Assembly: GCA_051294905.1 (NCBI GenBank)
Contig: CM119373.1
Coordinates: 3,474,001-3,534,000, forward strand
Direction of reading: 5' to 3'
DNA from: Botryllus schlosseri
Taxonomy: Eukaryota
Length of the DNA stretch: 60,000 bases
A program made the position numbers and the translations under genes. Within the stretch, counting starts at the first letter, position 1, and the number at the start of each line of letters is the position of its first letter. Shown piece by piece: positions 36,459-49,088 of the stretch. The notes under the pieces are model-generated. The model had not been told where the DNA came from. It did not search any database and worked only from the letters and a program-made list of their open reading frames with translations.

Positions 36459-37125
36459 CAGGGCTCTTCAAAAATGACTTTTTTCTCAAATCGTACTGAC
36501 TACTTGATAAAATTGTTAGGTTACCCAATTTAAGCCTACACACCGAATTTGGTTCAATTCCAACCAGTAGCCGCATTGCTACGGGAGAAGAAAGTTTCTA
36601 TTTATTATATAAAAATAAATACCAAAAAAATTAGAAAATCTTCTGTTCACCCCATGAAAGTGTTAGGTTGTCTATAGAAACGATGTTCACCAAATTTGGT
36701 TCAATTCCAAACAGTGAAAGCGGAGTTATTGCCGTCGAAAAATTTGGATTTGAATAGAATAGTATAGTATTTAAGGTGGGTACCACTATAATAAATAATT
36801 AAAGAATTGGTCACCGTAAATACTATTTTATTCAAATCCAAATTTTTCGACGGCAATAACTCCGCTGCCACTGGTTGAAATTGAACCAAATTTGGTGAAC
36901 ATCGTTTCTATAGACAACCTAACACTTTCATGGGGTGAACAGAAAATTTTTGAAATTTTTTGTTATTTATTTTTATATAATAAATAGAAACTTTCTTCTC
37001 CTGTAGCAATGCGGCTACTGGTTGGAATTGAACCAAATTTGGTGTGTAGGCTTAAATTAAGTACCTAACAATTTTATCAAGTAGCCAGTACGATTTGAGA
37101 AAAAAGTCATTTTTGAAGGGCCCTA
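36459..37125. mobile_element. Foldback element (~310-bp inverted arms)
   Basis: (C/T)AGGGC(T/C)CTTCAAAAATGAC termini. Arms are complementary nearly to the centre at ~36790. No clear TSD. Confidence 0.85.
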
Positions 37126-37489
37126 TTCTACACCTTGACACCAGCGCCACCAGGCTGCGATTTGGATTTCGAAAGAGAGAGTCCGACCGAAATACATAAA
37201 GAGAGAGAGAGAGAGAGAGTCTTTATTTTCATCGAACCAAAATACATAGCAAACGGCAGTGATGGTGGTACAGAAAATATGCGTGCACAGTATTCGGTAT
37301 TAGATAGGAATGATCGATAAGACCGTGAAGGTCATCTAGTCTGATCACACCAGCATCAAACAGGTACACTTGACTCTGAACAGTCTGGCTGTGAAGAAAT
37401 GTTTAGTTAAAGGAAAATAGAAAAAAAAATTAACTAATGGTGGCAAATGATCAATGAAGCAATGTCTGGGCGAGGTAGGGCAACAGTGT

Positions 37490-40403
37490 TAGTGTAACGA
37501 CAAGAGGTGATCAAGTAGGGCTTTTTTGAATCTATTATAAGGCAATTCACGGATATGTGGTGGTAATGCATTCTAGATGATAGGTCCCGAGTAGTCGATA
37601 GATCTCTTAGTTAGGTTGCTATTGGGTGGGGGTAAGTAGATGTTTCCTTTAGACGAGGATCTCGTGTAATGGGAATGGACATGTTTAGCAGGTATGAAAA
37701 AGTCATCAAACACAGGAGGCAGACTATTGGAAAAATATTTGTGAACAACTTTTGATACTTCGAAGCGATATAGTTCATCAACTCGCAAAATTCGATGCTT
37801 ACGGTAGTAAGGCGATAAATTGGTACGTAAAGGTACAGATGAGATCAGCCGTATGGCACGGTTTTGCAGGGTTCGAATTCTGCACAAAAATGTTGTGCAT
37901 GCATTTCCCCATACTACTATTCCATATTGCAGATGAGAGTGAAAAAGAGAGAAGTAGATGGTTCGTAGCACTGATCTGGAAACCAAAGATTGGAGACGGG
38001 TCATTATTCCCACACACCGAGCTAGTTTTGATATTGTGCATTCAATATGCTGCTTCCAAGACAATTTGGAATCAATGGTGACGCCGAGATATTTTGCTGA
38101 GTCACATATTGAGATTTGTTTATGATTGATGTTCACAGTGAAATTATGACTGGCATTATTTAAAACGAGCATCTCGGTCTTATCTGCATTCAAACTTAGT
38201 TTGTTTGCTTGGAGCCATCTCGACACTTTTGGGAGCTCCATATTCACAGATGCATGCAAACCATCGACAGTGTTGGAGGTTATGAAGAGGTGAGTATCAT
38301 CAGCAAATAGCGTTGTGCGGAATAAAGATGCATTAACAATGTCGTTAATATAAATGAGGAAAAAAGTCGGTCCAAGGACTGAGCCTTGTGGCACTCCACA
38401 AGTTATATCTCTGGTAGTCGTTCTTAATGACCCCAGTTTAACAAATTGTTTGCGGTTTGCCAGGTAGCTTTCAAGTAGAGTTGCTGCAATACCCCTGATT
38501 CCATAGTGTTCCAGCTTGTATCTTAAGATTCTGTGGTTAACTGTGTCGAAAGCTTTGCGGAGATCGATAAAAATGCTGCAGCCACTTTCTTTTTGCTTGA
38601 TGGTTTTGTAATAGTCCGTGACAATTGATAGTATTGCATGGTTGGTGTTGTGGTTGGATCTGAATCCATGCTGAGTCGGAGACAGTACTGCATTCAATTC
38701 AAAAAAGTTCTTTAGTCGGCGGTCAATCAGTTTCTCAAAAACCGTGGCAAGATTTGGCAAAACAGATATTGGTCGGTAGTTAGAAATTAGCTTTTTACAG
38801 CCTTTCTTAAACACTGGCATTACTCTGGCAGTTTTCAGTGCATCTGGGAAAATGCCTAGACGTATCGACTCATTAAAGAAAATGCATATAACATCACCAA
38901 TAATATTAAAGACTAGCTTCAGAAAGTGAGTTGGGATGAGATCGGGTCCTACTGCTTTGTTACTTTTCATTTCAGATAATATGATCGCAACTACTCCTTT
39001 ACTTGTCGGCTCAAGAAAAATGGATTTCTGAGGGCCAGGACTCAAGTACGAGAGAAAGTCATCGGAGGAGTCTGGTATTGAAGATGCAAGATCCGGACCA
39101 ATGTTGCAAAAATACTGATTGAACTTTTCTGCTACTGCAAGCTGGTCTTTGATGATGCTGCCATTCTCGAGTAGCTCGATGTCATCAGCACTCTTGGGAG
39201 CATTACCTTTAGTTAGGTTGATAATTTCTCCAATGGTTTTCCATGTGTTCTTGGGATCTTTGGAGCACTCTTCAAATTTTTTTTGGAAGTATGCTTTTTG
39301 GCATTTTCTTTCATATGCGTCACTTGGTTTGCATATTTTTTGTACACTTTTTTGCCTTCGATGGTGCCTTGCAGATAGTAGTGCTTATGCATCCAATCCC
39401 TTGTTTTGATCGCAAATAGTATGTCATGACCAATCCAGGGTTTCGATTTCAAGCGCCTTGCATTGGGGTTGACTTTCCTAATTGGGAAAGATGTGTTAAG
39501 GGCTGCCCGCAGTTCCTCAATAAATTCTTCAAAATGGCGGTTGTAGTTGTCAATTGTGAGTGGAGGAATTTTGTAGTTGTTGAAGGTATTGCTGACAATT
39601 TCAATATACTCCTCAATACCGCGTGGGTTTAAGGGCGTTCGAGATTCAAATTCTTTAGCACAATGTGGCAGGGCCAATTTCATGTGGCAGATGATGGGAT
39701 AGTGATCAGTCATACTGTGTTGGAGCACAAAAGGGGACATGTGATATTGATGAGTGTTGCAGTAAAAGTGATCTAGTAGAGTTTTGGATTGATCAGCTAT
39801 TCTTGTGGGTTCAGTAATTATCTGAGCTATTCCATAAGAATCAAGCATTTCACGGTACCATGTGTTAAAGTTGGTGGTCTTCAGCATATCAATATTTATG
39901 TCTCCCATAATAAATATTTGTTCGTTAGCTGCCGTTAGCGTTTCCAGAATATTTGAGAATTCGTCAAGAAAAGTCTCTTGCTTTGTTCCTGGGTGTTTGT
40001 AGATGACTGCCACTGTGAGAGCTTTTTGTGCGTGTACTCTGACAAATATATATTCTACGCCTTCGGTTTCAAATTTTACGTCGGGCATCATGTCATATCT
40101 CAGACCTTCGTTGATGTATAGTCCAACACCTCCAGCGTTCGTTTTAGATGGCGAGTGTAAAAAGTTGAAACCTGTCAGGTTAACATTAGTCGTTGGATGT
40201 TCTTTCAACTTGGTCTCAGAGATTCCGATGATGGTTGGTGAGCAATTGAACATTTTAAACAGGGGGGGAATTTCATCTAGATGAGCTTGGAGGGATCTTG
40301 TGTTCAAGTGTGCAAGTAAAATTCCTTGAGATGATGGGATATCACTACTATTCGTTGAATTGATAGATCTGCAGTTGCTCACGTTGAAAAAGTTTTGAGC
40401 CAT
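37490..40403 (-). pseudogene. LINE ORF2 (APE endonuclease + RT), one frameshift and one nonsense codon
   Basis: APE motifs HLNTRSL, IGISET, GDINID, LDHFY and TDHYP. RT motifs DLRKAFDTV, GVPQGSVLGP and FADD. Frameshift at ~39295. TAG replaces Trp (GPII*NALP) at 37573-37575. Confidence 0.9.
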
Positions 40404-40450
40404 TTTTTAGTGTGGGTTGCGTTTGCAGTGTGAGAGCAGTATAGCAGTTT

Positions 40451-41280
40451 CTATTTGAGTTTATCAAGGTCATCCTTTGACTCAATGTGGATTCTGGGTG
40501 CGCCATCATTCTTTTTCATGTAGATATTTCCATTTGCAGTCCAGAGGTATTTGAAGCTTTTTTTTGTTTCGCAGCTCGCGCTTCAAAGAAAACATCTCTT
40601 CTGTAATTTGTTAAATTTTCGTTTAGGAAGAGTTGTTTCATTCCATCTACACCAAACTCCTTGATATCCCTTTTGGCCTTTTTCACTTTGAGGAATTCTT
40701 TTTTTGGTTGCTCTGAAGAGAATTTGGCTATAACGGGTCCTGTTTTGTCCTTATTTTTGAAGCGCACTCTATAACACTGCACAATCTGTGGCGCAGTAAT
40801 CTCAGCTTTCAAGGCGTTAGCTATTTTCATGATAGTTTCAGGCAGATTTTCTTTTTCGGAGTGGGGAACACCATGAAATTCCAGGTTGTTGTTTCGAGAT
40901 TGCTGCTCCAGGTTGTCGTTGGTGCGTTCTAGGTCAGATATTTTTTTGTTCAGGAATCTCATAGTTGACTCAATTTTTTCGTCTTCCTTGAGCATGGATT
41001 CTTGTGAGGCGAGTTCTAGATTTTTTTTGGTGTCCTCAAATTCTGCATTCATGAATTCCATGCCAGTCTTGCAAGATTCTATCTCTTTTCGCAGTTCTTC
41101 TACGGCAGAACCAGATTTTTTGATATCTTCAGCTGTAGTCTGCAGTTCTGAGATGATGTTGCGCAGTTCCTTGTTTTCTTCCTTCAACACTTTGACTTCA
41201 GCGAGCGTATCTTCCAGTTTTCTGTCCATCTTTTTCAGTCTCAGCAAGATGACATCTTCGTTTGTTCCGGGCTTTGTCAT
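40451..41280 (-). pseudogene. LINE ORF1 (coiled coil + RRM/CTD-like), frameshifted near C-terminus
   Basis: LEQQSRNNNLEFHGVP, GPVIAKF and LFLNENLT. The alternate frame continues FKYLWTANGNIYMKK after an A-run at ~40560. Confidence 0.85.
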
Positions 41281-41334
41281 TTTGTTTCTTGGATGGGTAT
41301 ATAGCCTAGATTATGGCCTAGACTACTTTAAATC

Positions 41335-43865
41335 TTAATACAACCAAATACTCCAATCAGACAAACAGACGGAAATGATGGTCGTAGAGAAAATATGCAT
41401 GCACAGTAGGCCTAGGGTTGTCCAAAATTTGGAAAATCTTAAAAATACCCCGTGATTGTGTCTCATTCCATAGATTATTGATAAAAAATAACAATGAGCC
41501 CAAAAGAAGCTCACGGGAACGCCGTTAAGATTTCGGCCAAAGCGTTTTAAAGTAGCTGCCCAAGAATGGGCGTGCCACCGACCATAGAACGGCGAGAAGA
41601 CTAGTAATCAAATAACCACGGCTCCTGATTGGCTAATTGGCTATGCTTCAATGATCACCACAGCAACAACTTGCTGATTATGTGCTCAAGGAGTCTGCTA
41701 CCGGTGGAGATTCTGAAATCGCGTTGTTGGTAGGTTGGCAGATGATGATTTAAGATTAATTCAGGACATGTTAAGGTACGAAATACATGATGAACAATCA
41801 GCAGCTGCTTCACAAAAACTTCTACAGCATGACTGCTTTATTGGAAGGAAACGGCTGTAGCCTACATGCCGTGTTTTCACCGAGGGAAAGCAAAGGCGCT
41901 TATGCAAGCGGTAAACGAATTCCCCGTTCGGAAAGGATCCATCATCAGTGAACACAAATATAAAGCTTATCAATGACACGATACCGTAATTTGTGTGATC
42001 TTATTAGGCTCAAGCTGTAATATATAGATGACGTTTTAAATGATATTGGAATCGGCTGAATCAGCGGGTTATGCTTGGCACTCCTCAGATGCTTACAGTA
42101 AATTGAATTCACTTGTAAGTGTTGCTAAAGTCCCCAATGATAACGCACACTCGCACAGGCTATGCCCAATGTGGTATGTCAAAGTCCCTATTGATCTCGC
42201 TGAAAATAGGTGTAAAGATAATCACAGACTATACTGCATAGTATCCAGCATAGTTTGGACATGATATCCAGCATTGTGCTTACTTTACACCTCTTTTCTG
42301 CAGCATCATTAAGGACTTTGACAACACTTACATGTGAATTCAATTTGCTGTAAGTATAACTGCCAAGCACAACCGGCTGATTCAGTCAATCCCTAGAGCA
42401 TTCAAAATATCAACTATATACTACAACTTGAGTCCAATAAGCTCACACAAAGTATAGTGTCATGGTCAAGATTTATATTTGTATTCACTGATGATGGATC
42501 CCTTCTGAAACGGGGAATTCGTTCACTACTTGCATAAGCGTCTTTGCTTTCCCTCGATGAAAACACGGCATGTAGGCTACAGCCGTTTCCTTCACAGCAA
42601 AGCAGTCATGCTGTAGAAGTTTATGTGAAGCAGCTGTTGATTGTTCATCATGTATTTCGTACCTTAACATGTCCTGGATTAATCTTAAATCATCATCTGC
42701 CAACCTACCAACAACGCGATTTCAGAATCCCCACCGGTAGCAGACTCCTTGAGCACATAATCAGCAAGTTGTTGCTGTGGTGATCATTGAAGCATAGCCA
42801 ATTAGCCAATCAGGAGCCGTGGTTATTTGATTACTAGTCTTCTCGCCGTTCTATGGTCGGTGGCACGCCCATTCTTGGGCAGCTACTTTAAAACGCTTTG
42901 GCCGAAATCTTAACGGCTTTCCCGTGAGCTTCTTTTGGGCTCATTGTTATTTTTTTATCAATAATCTATGGAATGAGACACAATCACGGGGTATTTTTAA
43001 GATTTTCCAAATTTTGGACAACCCTAATGCACAGTATTCGGCATCAGATAGAAATGGTAGATACGATCGTGAAGGTCAACTATTCTGATGACACCAGCAT
43101 CAACGAGGTAAACTTGTCTCTAGTCTGGCTGTAAAAACGTTAATGGAAAAAGGGAAAATAAAGAAGAAAATTTAAACGACGGTACCACAAGATCAAATGA
43201 TCAATGAAGCCATATTTGGGCGAGGCAGGACAACAGTGTTAATATGACGACACGAAGTAATTAAGTAGGTATTTTTTGAATCTAATATAAAGCAATTCAC
43301 GGATATTTCGTGATAATGCATTCCAGATGATAGGTCCTAAGTAGGCCTAGATTTCTTAGTTAGGTTGCTATTGGGTGGACATAAGTAGATATTTCCTTTT
43401 GAAGAGGCTCTCGTGTAATAGGAGTAAACATTTTAGCAGGTATGAAAAGTCATCCGCCACAGGATTCAAACTATTGGAAAATATTTGTGTATAACTTTTG
43501 ATACTTCGTAGCGATATAGTACGTCAAATCGCAAAATTCAATGCTTATGCTTGCGGTAGTAAGGCGATAATTTGGTGCGTAGGGGTACAGATGAGATCAA
43601 CCGTATCGCACGATTCTGCAGGGTTCGGATTCTGTACAGAAAAGTTTTGCATGCATGGCCATACTACGATTCCATATTGCAGGCGAGAGTGAAAATGTGA
43701 GAAGTAGATAGTTCGCAGTATTGATCTAGAAACCAAAGATTGCAGACGGGTCATTATTCCCACACACCGAGCTAGTTTTGACATTGTGCATTCAATATGC
43801 TGCTTCCAAGACATTTTGGCATCAATAGTGACGCCGAGATATTTTGCCGAGTAACTTATGGAGAT
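41335..43865 (-). mobile_element. Older 5'-truncated copy of the 37200-41330 LINE family, interrupted by the foldback
   Basis: 41335-41406 plus 43027-43865 align with 37230-38115 (SWKQHIECTMSKLARCVGIM). Confidence 0.85.
41413..43026. mobile_element. Large foldback DNA element (~730-bp arms), hATm-like termini
   Basis: TAGGGTTGTCC...GGACAACCCTA. TSD atgcacag at 41399-41406 and 43027-43034, with 6 extra nt (taggcc) on the left. Splits the 3' UTR of an older LINE. Confidence 0.88.
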
Positions 43866-43888
43866 TTTCTCATGAAGGAGGCTGAAAC

Positions 43889-44515
43889 CATAGTGTCCTA
43901 TGTGGTGTCGACACAGGCAAATCTCACGCCTCAGTGAAATTGTATCACGTCACAATTTCCATTTGGTTACAGGCAATTTGACGGTCATTTTTGACCGGCT
44001 TGCCGCGCAATAAATTTGGTAAAACGGGTATCAATCGAAAGCTGACTCTGCACTGATTACGAAAATATAAATTTTTTTCCGCTCGTGTCCCTGGAACTCC
44101 CACAATCAGCCTCGAATTTTTCATTGTTATGGAGATTTACATTGGGACGCAACAATGGTATCTGGCTCTTTTTCCCTTGAGTTACTCTCTCGTTTCGCCA
44201 GACAGCATTGTTACGTCCTGAGCTACTCTCTCGTTTCGCCAGACGGCATTGTTGCGTCCCAATGCCAATCTCCATAACAATGAAGAATTCGAGACTGATT
44301 GTGGGAGTTCCTGGGCCACGAGCGGAACAAAAGTTATATTTCCGTAATCAGTGCAGAGTCAACTTTCGATTGATACCCGTTTTACCAAATTTAATGCTCG
44401 GCAAGCCAGTCAAAAATGACCGTCAGATTGCCTGTAGCCAAATGGAAATTGTGACGTGATACAATTTCATTGAGGCGTGAGATTTGCCTGTGTCGAAACC
44501 ATATAGGACACTATG
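43889..44515. mobile_element. Palindromic MITE with CATAG termini (P-element-like)
   Basis: CATAGTGTCCTAT...ATAGGACACTATG with ~265-bp arms. Imperfect 7-bp flanks ctgaaac/ctaaaac. Central tandem repeat tactctctcgtttcgccagac. Relatives at ~32850-33182 and ~53710-53835. Confidence 0.75.
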
Positions 44516-44790
44516 CTAAAACACTCAGGTGGCGATATGTGGGGCACCGGAGAATAAAGGCATAGTTGTACATCTGACCCCTTAAATGCATCCGGTTATC
44601 CGGAATGATTCCACACTTGAAGAAATGTGGTTTAAAAATAATAAGGAATTAGAACTGAATGGAATTGAATCTCACAAAATCTTCCGCCATTCCGCACATC
44701 TGTTTTGGAATTTTCAAGGAAATTGATACATTTAAAATATGGATTTTGCGCACCAAAATGACCCTAAAGAAGAAATGCCACCCCTTCAAG

Positions 44791-46881
44791 CAGGGCTGTG
44801 GAGTCGGTAAATTTTACCACCGACTCCGGCTCCGACTCCGACTCCACACATTTTCAATATACCGACTCCGACTCCGACTCCGACTCCTGAGTCTTTAAAC
44901 GTACCGACTCCGACTCCGACTCCGACTCCTGGGTCTTTAAACGTACCGACTCCGACTCCCGACTCCGACTCCGACTCCAGCATTATTACCAATTTACCTC
45001 GAAAATTATATGCTACGTTGTCGGTTGAATGACTATCATACAACCATTAAACATATGCAAACATACGATTAACTGTGGCATGCTGACTTGTTTCATTGTG
45101 GCACAGCTCGAATTATCCACTATGCAATTAACAAGAAATAAAGATTTGCTAAATATCCTTCCTTATTCAAGTTTTTATAACATGGACTCTCTAATATCCT
45201 GGAATGTATGAATCATTCAAATATGGCATATATCCAATCCTGTATAATAAAAATGTAGATAAAAAATCCAAATGTAGCTCTTGTGTATGACTCAGTAACT
45301 AATAAAGAAATTGAACTTACTAATTTTGTCATTACACACTATCCTGATTACAAGCACAAACACTCTTACTACTAGTAATAGACATTGGTCATAAATAGAA
45401 TTTAGTCAAGTAGTCAAAGACCATAGCCTATGTCTAGTCTACATGTACTTAATCAAGCATTCAAGGATTGGGACTTGCAGTCTTTCTTAATCATTTGTTC
45501 GACCCAAACAGCTAAGCTACACTACAAATATTTTTAATTTTGTCAAATGGGAAGCATCGTTTGGTCATATTTACATATTTTTACAATTTTACGAAACCAG
45601 CCGATGCATTTTCTCTGTCACAGTATCATGGTATAATTCCAAAAATTGCATCAATTTTGACTGCATCGCGAAAGCGCATCTTGCGATTTTCTTCCCCTCT
45701 GCAACTGAGTTGTAATTTGCAAGTAATGTCTTTTATCTATATCAGGGGTGGGCAACTTTTTCGGCGAGAGGGATACCTGAGATTTACGAATCATTGCGCG
45801 GGCAACGGGGATGTTGATAACCTTCTTTTAGTCGTCGCTAGGAGCGAACCGAATTATGAAACATTGCAAACAAGACTTATATTACTACGCTCTAAAATTG
45901 ATAACATTATGTCATCCAACTGTGCAGTGCGCAATCAGGCCCTGGTCGCGCGAAGCGCGAAATTTTTTTGCAAGATAACGACTGAATTAGGCTATAGCTA
46001 TATCAATAAATATGTCGCAAACATACATTGGGGGTCGCATCTGTATACCACTGGGCTCATTTGGCAAGGACAGGATCATTCGACGTTTGGACATAGCAAA
46101 ATCGACGGTATCAGTGAACATGCCTCTATCATTTTGTGCAAATGTTTTGTCGACGATCTCGCTGCGAGTGCACAAGCGAAGCCGTATCTCCTAATTGCGA
46201 ATATAGTTAGACTCAATTCTGTGAAGAATATGTATTTATAATTTTCAAAAGGGGGCTCAAATACTGAATGCAAGAAATCTAGTGACAATGAATCATGCGA
46301 AGTACCGAGAAAAATTTCAAGTCAAATAAATCTGCTATGAAATATTCTACTTCATGGTCATATACGAAGATCTGGGATAAATGTGGCTGACCCCTGGATA
46401 CGTCAATGCCTCAGAACTGTTGTTTTAGTCATCATCAAATTTCGCGGTCATGCTAACCAAATTTTGGTTGGCCTTGCAATTGTACCTGATGTCATTAATA
46501 ATTTCGAGAATTACCTCGCAGGCCACACCTAACCTTCTCGTGTGCCAAATTTGGCCTGCGTGCTACGGGCTGGCCGCACCTGATCGGTATGGTTGACAAT
46601 AACAGTGATTGGTGGTACATAAAAATTATATTGAAAATTCTTTGAAAGCAAATGTTTTCATAATAGAGAAGTTGGAGTCGGAGTCGGAGTCGAAATCATA
46701 GTCATTCTCACAAACTCCGACTCCGACTCCAGTCAGTATTTTCCCACCGACTCCGACTCCGACTCCGACTCCAGCTATTATAGTTTTCACGACTCCGACT
46801 CCGACTCCGACTCCATCAAGCGAAAATTACCCCGACTCCGACTCCGACTCCACCGACTCCGACTCCGACTCCACAGCCCTG
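44791..46881. mobile_element. hAT-type element with (CCGACT)n subterminal arrays
   Basis: TIRs CAGGGCTGTGGAGTCGG / CCGACTCCACAGCCCTG. Perfect TSD ccttcaag. Nested hAT MITE at 45743-46582. Confidence 0.9.
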
Positions 46882-46955
46882 CCTTCAAGACACGTGGACA
46901 TCCGAAATGAATACAGATTTACGAAATGTGCATTGGTATAACATAGAATTATTAC

Positions 46956-47483
46956 TACGGCAAGTTTTTGCAACTTTTGCAACTTTTTTACAGCTTCCGG
47001 TAGATTCCTAAATACTCGGAAGTTATGTAGAATACTGTTTTAAGCTGTTTGAAGGAATCTTATGGTGCAACTTTCTGCAATTTTTCTCCATTTATTTTCA
47101 TTCAACATTTTCCATTTTTCATGAAACTTTTTGCAAGTTTTTTCATGCAATCAACTTTTTACTGGAAATATTTGGCACTATGTGTAAATGGATCGCTTGA
47201 TTATGTCACTGTCGTTAAAATTTGAGGTCATTTCTGATTTGACGTACATTCAGGCTGGACCGACGAAAATTATATTTTCACTGGGTCACTATTTCAGGTT
47301 ATTGATTTTGTTGAAGACGCTAACACTGAGTTTTAATACAGTGCCTTGGATACGGATCGATTCGAGCATCTCATAACCTAATATTTTCAAGAAAATTGTC
47401 CATAAAAGCAACTTTTTAGAGCAACTTTTGTGAAAAATAAATGCAACTTTCCACGGATTTAACTGCAACAAAAACTTGCACTA
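46956..47483. mobile_element. MITE related to 30720-30979
   Basis: Termini TACGGCAAGTTTTTG / CAAAAACTTGCACTA. TSD attattac/attagtac. GCAACTTTT repeats. Confidence 0.75.
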
Positions 47484-48483
47484 ATTAGTACTAAATCGAA
47501 TAGAATTTGACAAAATATTAGTCCGTGTCTTACACAGGATATATTGGAAATTTCAACGAAAACGACACATCTAAAATATGAAATTTACTTACGAAATCAC
47601 AAACAAAGAAGGAATTCGACATCTTCATTACACGCGGACATACGAGATGATTACAGATTTACGAAATGTGCTTTGCAATGACATAGAATTGTAATTGAAT
47701 CGAATTAAATTTGGCAAAAAATTATACGCTCGTGCCGCACATAGGATATATTAGAATCTTCAACTAAAACGATACATGTAAAATATGACATTTACTAGAG
47801 ATGGTGTGAGCCACAGAACGGTTCAGGTTCGCGGGAACGCGAACGTGAACCTATGACGTCACGTCACACTGTCGATCACAGCCCGACATTTCAGTGAAGT
47901 GATATAATAACGAACAGTGTGCACGATACCTAGCGACATTATGCAACAATTCTGAAGTATACGTGTTGACTTTTTGAAAGCAATTGGAGTAATCAAGATG
48001 TTTTGACATTAGACAACGATGTATTCATATCAATTTCATTAATTGGTTGAATAAGCATCATTACCTACATGTAGGGTATTTCGTTCTTGATGTTGTGTGA
48101 TTGCTGGTCAAGCTCACAGCAGAAAGTGACGGAATATTAATTCATAGAAAGCTGAATATTTCGAGCATACTTTTGTAACAAAGCAACTAAAATTATTGAG
48201 ATTGGCAAGGTATAGGTGCATGTTTTGTTTATGCTGCCAGCGCCATGCATAGAGCGTTCTGAAGTTGAAATGCAACGAATTTCAACCAAATGCTATACTG
48301 TCGTGATAAATTGTAATATATCAAAAGGGTTCACAATGCAGAACCTATACCAAGGTTCGTTTCTGATCGTGAACCTCTAATTTCCTTAGTTATATAATAT
48401 GGGCTGCTTCGTTTGGAGTGCATGCATGTTAAAGAATTATGTAGTTATTTAAGTCTGGTTGGATTCAAACGAAATACACTTAC

Positions 48484-48633
48484 TTGCATTCTTTATTCGT
48501 ATATAAAAATCGTCGTCCTCAGCACCCCAACCCCAGTAGATATTTGAATAACCGTTCGATAGGACATACTGCGTGTGGGTCGCCATAGACACCCCGCCGA
48601 AGCTCATGATGCGGTTGTTGCGCATATCCTTAC
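48484..48633 (-). CDS. GT7 gene, coding exon 3
   Basis: Reads SFGGVS...NGYSNIYWGWGAEDDDFYIRI. Donor A|GTAAGT. Confidence 0.92.
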
Positions 48634-48694
48634 CTTAATTACAGGAAAAAGCGCATAAAATATCGATTTCAGAATTGCCAAGATTCGTATTAAC

Positions 48695-48856
48695 CGTTGA
48701 AAGAGCATTGCACTGAATAGTCGAGCTTTTTGTACCCGAATATATCGATGTACATCGACAAATGTAGGGGATGTTCGGTATCGCAGAGGTACATGCACTG
48801 GTCGTTTTCCAACAGTAGATCCACATCGTGAAACACGAAACAGTCGTACTGTTCGT
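48695..48856 (-). CDS. GT7 gene, coding exon 2
   Basis: Acceptor catttcag. Reads YDCFVFHDVDLLLEND (DxD motif)...PLHLS. Phase 1 at both ends, followed by a 61-nt intron. Confidence 0.9.
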
Positions 48857-49088
48857 CTGAAATGCAAGTTGGTGATGTCGTCTCGGTGAAGGTTTGAATT
48901 TAACTCGAAATGAATCGTTGAAACAAATATTTTAAATGTATGGTTGTTTGGACGGCAGTTCGATTTCTTGTCAGTACGACGAAGCACACTTGTACAACTA
49001 GATAACGCTAGTAGTCAGTTACGCTAATTAGACCGTAAGTTTCTCCCGGGTTAATAAAACTACATTAACGTATTCTTATTATGTTTAC

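Larger units (their letters stand above)
37200..41330 (-). mobile_element. Near-full-length L2/Crack/Daphne-type LINE, inactivated
   Basis: ORF1 + APE + RT, 3' UTR with AATAAA (37222-37227, minus strand) and a (TC)n tail. Confidence 0.92.

Noticed and set aside
45540..46241. 233-aa ORF
   Set aside because: Non-ATG start, crosses a MITE boundary, no recognisable motifs. The homologous copy near 18100-18680 does not keep the frame.
44786..46881. (CCGACT)n arrays and the GVGVGV/RLRLRL ORFs as CRISPR-like or coding repeats
   Set aside because: Subterminal repeats of a TSD-flanked hAT-type element. No unique spacers, no cas genes, eukaryotic context.
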